A stretch of DNA of 64,000 nucleotides, from contig NC_058368.1 of the NCBI RefSeq assembly GCF_018350175.1, positions 38,070,001 to 38,134,000 on the forward strand, in the 5' to 3' direction. The DNA is from Felis catus (Eukaryota). Shown here piece by piece: positions 62,160 to 64,000 of this stretch (position 1 is the stretch's first letter; every line of letters begins with the position of its first letter). The translations under genes and the position numbers were made by a program. The notes under the pieces were generated by a model. It did not search any database and was not told where the DNA came from. It worked only from the letters and a program-made list of their open reading frames with translations.

Positions 62160-64000
62160 TGTTTTTGATTGTGGTATAAGGTGAGGTTTGAATCTTTTTT
62201 CTTTTTTCTTTTTTATGTACGAGTATGATTTGGTTTAACTGGTTTGTTGAAAAGACTATTCATTCCCTATTAAATTACCTTGTACACAAATGAATATATA
62301 CCTGTGGGTCTATTTCTGGATTTTATATCCTGTTCCATTTACTAACTGTCTGCCCTTATGCCAAAACCACACTACCTGATTTCAGTAGCTTTATAGAAAA
62401 TGTTAATATCAAATATTTGAAACATCCAACTTCGTTATTCCTTTGAAATATTGTTTTCATTATTTCATTTTTTTCGAAGTTTTATTAAAATTATCTTCTT
62501 AATATCTACAAAATAAGATTACTTAGGTTTTAAATGTAATTGCATTGACTCCATATATCAGGGCAGAATTGACATTTTAACCATATTGAGTTTTCCAATC
62601 CCTAAACACGGTATCTCTCTCTAACAAGATGCCATCTCTCTTCTTTCTCTAGAATGTTTTGTAGTTTTCTTTGTACTCTTTTGCACATATTTTTAAAAGG
62701 TTTCTTAAGTATTTTTTTTAAATTTTTTAAAAATATTTTTATTTATTTTTGAGACAGAGAGAGACAGAGCATGAACGGGGCAGGGGCAGAGAGAGAGGGA
62801 GACACAGAATCGGAAGCAGGCTCCAGGCTCTGAGCTGTCAGTACAGAGCCTGACACAGGGCTCGAGCTCAGGAACCGCGAGATCATGACCTGGCTGAAGT
62901 CGGACGCTTAACCGACTGAGCCACCCAGGCGCCCCAGAGGTTTCCTAAGTATTTTGATGCATCTATAGTTGATAGTTTTAACTTCAAAGTTTAATTGTTC
63001 GTGATAGCATACAGAAACTATGTATAAACCTTGTGTTCTATAACCTTACTCACTTGCTAATTCTAGTAGCTCTTTTGAAGATTCCTCAGGATTTTCTACA
63101 TAGAAAATCATATTGTCAATACATAAAGATAATTTTATCTATTTTTTTCTAACAATGCTTTTATTTCTTTTTGTTGTCCTGCTGCACTGGCTAAGACTTC
63201 CAGTGAAATGTTGAATAGAAGTGGTAAGAGTGGATATCCTGGCCTTGAGATCCTTGCTGTAATGTTATCTGGAGATTTTTCAGAAAGAACCTTTATCAGA
63301 TTGAGTGAGTACCTTTAAATCCCTGGTTTGCTGAGAGTGCTTATAGCAAAAGTGTGTTTAACTTTGCAAAGGCTTTTTTCTGGATACAATAAGATGATCA
63401 CATGTATTTTGTTTTATAGTCTATTATTATAGTGAGTTGCATTGATATTCATATGTCAATGAACCACATTTCTTGGATAAAACCCATTTGATCATAAATG
63501 TATGGTCCTTTAAATACATATTTAGGATCTGTTTGCTAAAATTTTCTTAAGGATTTTTGCATTTATATTTATGGTTTTCTTTTCATATAATGCCGTTGTC
63601 TGGTTTTGGTTTCAGGGTATTCTGGGCTATAAAATGAGATAAAAATGTTTCCTCTTCTCTTCTATAAACATTTTGAGAGTTTGTGTAGAATTCTTATGAC
63701 TTCTGTCTTTATCAATTTGGTAAAATTTACCACTGAAGCTGTCTTGACTCTGGAGTTTTTTCTTTGTCAGAGGCATTGTTATAATGATAAATTCAATTTA
63801 TTAAATATATATAAAGAGAGTGCTTTGGGTGAGCTATATTTTCTTGAATGAGTTTTGATAGTTTTTATTTTTTTAAGAAATATATTCCTTTGATCTAGTT
63901 GACCAAATTTAGTGGAATAGAATTATTTATGATATTCCAGTTTATCCTTTCAAAATTTGCAGGATTTGCCATTTGTGCCCTTTTATATTCCTGATGTTGT
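62160..64000 (-). mobile_element. Old L1M ORF2 remnant running off the window edge
   Basis: ttgttgaaaagactatt, gggtctatttctgga, gcactggctaagacttccag..aatgttgaatagaagtggtaagagtgg. Confidence 0.88.
62715..62935 (-). mobile_element. Relatively young felid SINE
   Basis: Ends ggacgcttaaccgactgagccacccaggcgcccc; TSD aggtttcttaagtatttt / aggtttcctaagtatttt. Confidence 0.97.

Noticed and set aside
1..64000. tRNA genes, CRISPR arrays, prokaryotic operons
   Set aside because: tRNA-like A/B boxes all belong to Can-SINE heads; the DNA is mammalian and has no repeat-spacer arrays.

Overview
AT-rich mammalian genomic DNA, almost certainly from a felid (cat lineage). It carries about 31 tRNA-derived Can-SINEs (SINEC_Fc-type), four of them young CpG-rich copies with clean target-site duplications (TSDs). 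No intact protein-coding gene is supported. The supplied ORFs are mostly SINE, L1, ERV or microsatellite read-throughs, and the window looks intergenic or deep-intronic. It also holds many L1 fragments of different ages, MaLR LTRs, MIR/L2 remnants and microsatellites. Highlights: (1) a chimeric retrocopy fusing U6 snRNA to the polyadenylated 3' end of PSMB3 mRNA, inserted in an old L1 (16347-16608, minus strand); (2) a 5'-inverted L1 sitting inside an older L1 at the homologous position, giving a 153-bp inverted repeat whose arms look homogenised (41657-42088); (3) a decayed ERV-L provirus with recognisable gag/RT/IN/dUTPase remnants and a recent perfect 75-bp duplication (about 2750-5700, minus strand); (4) a repeat-free segment (about 54900-55620) with weak collinear peptide patches resembling bornavirus glycoprotein, which is speculative. 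Repeat family names and reference sequences are recalled from memory, not from a database search.
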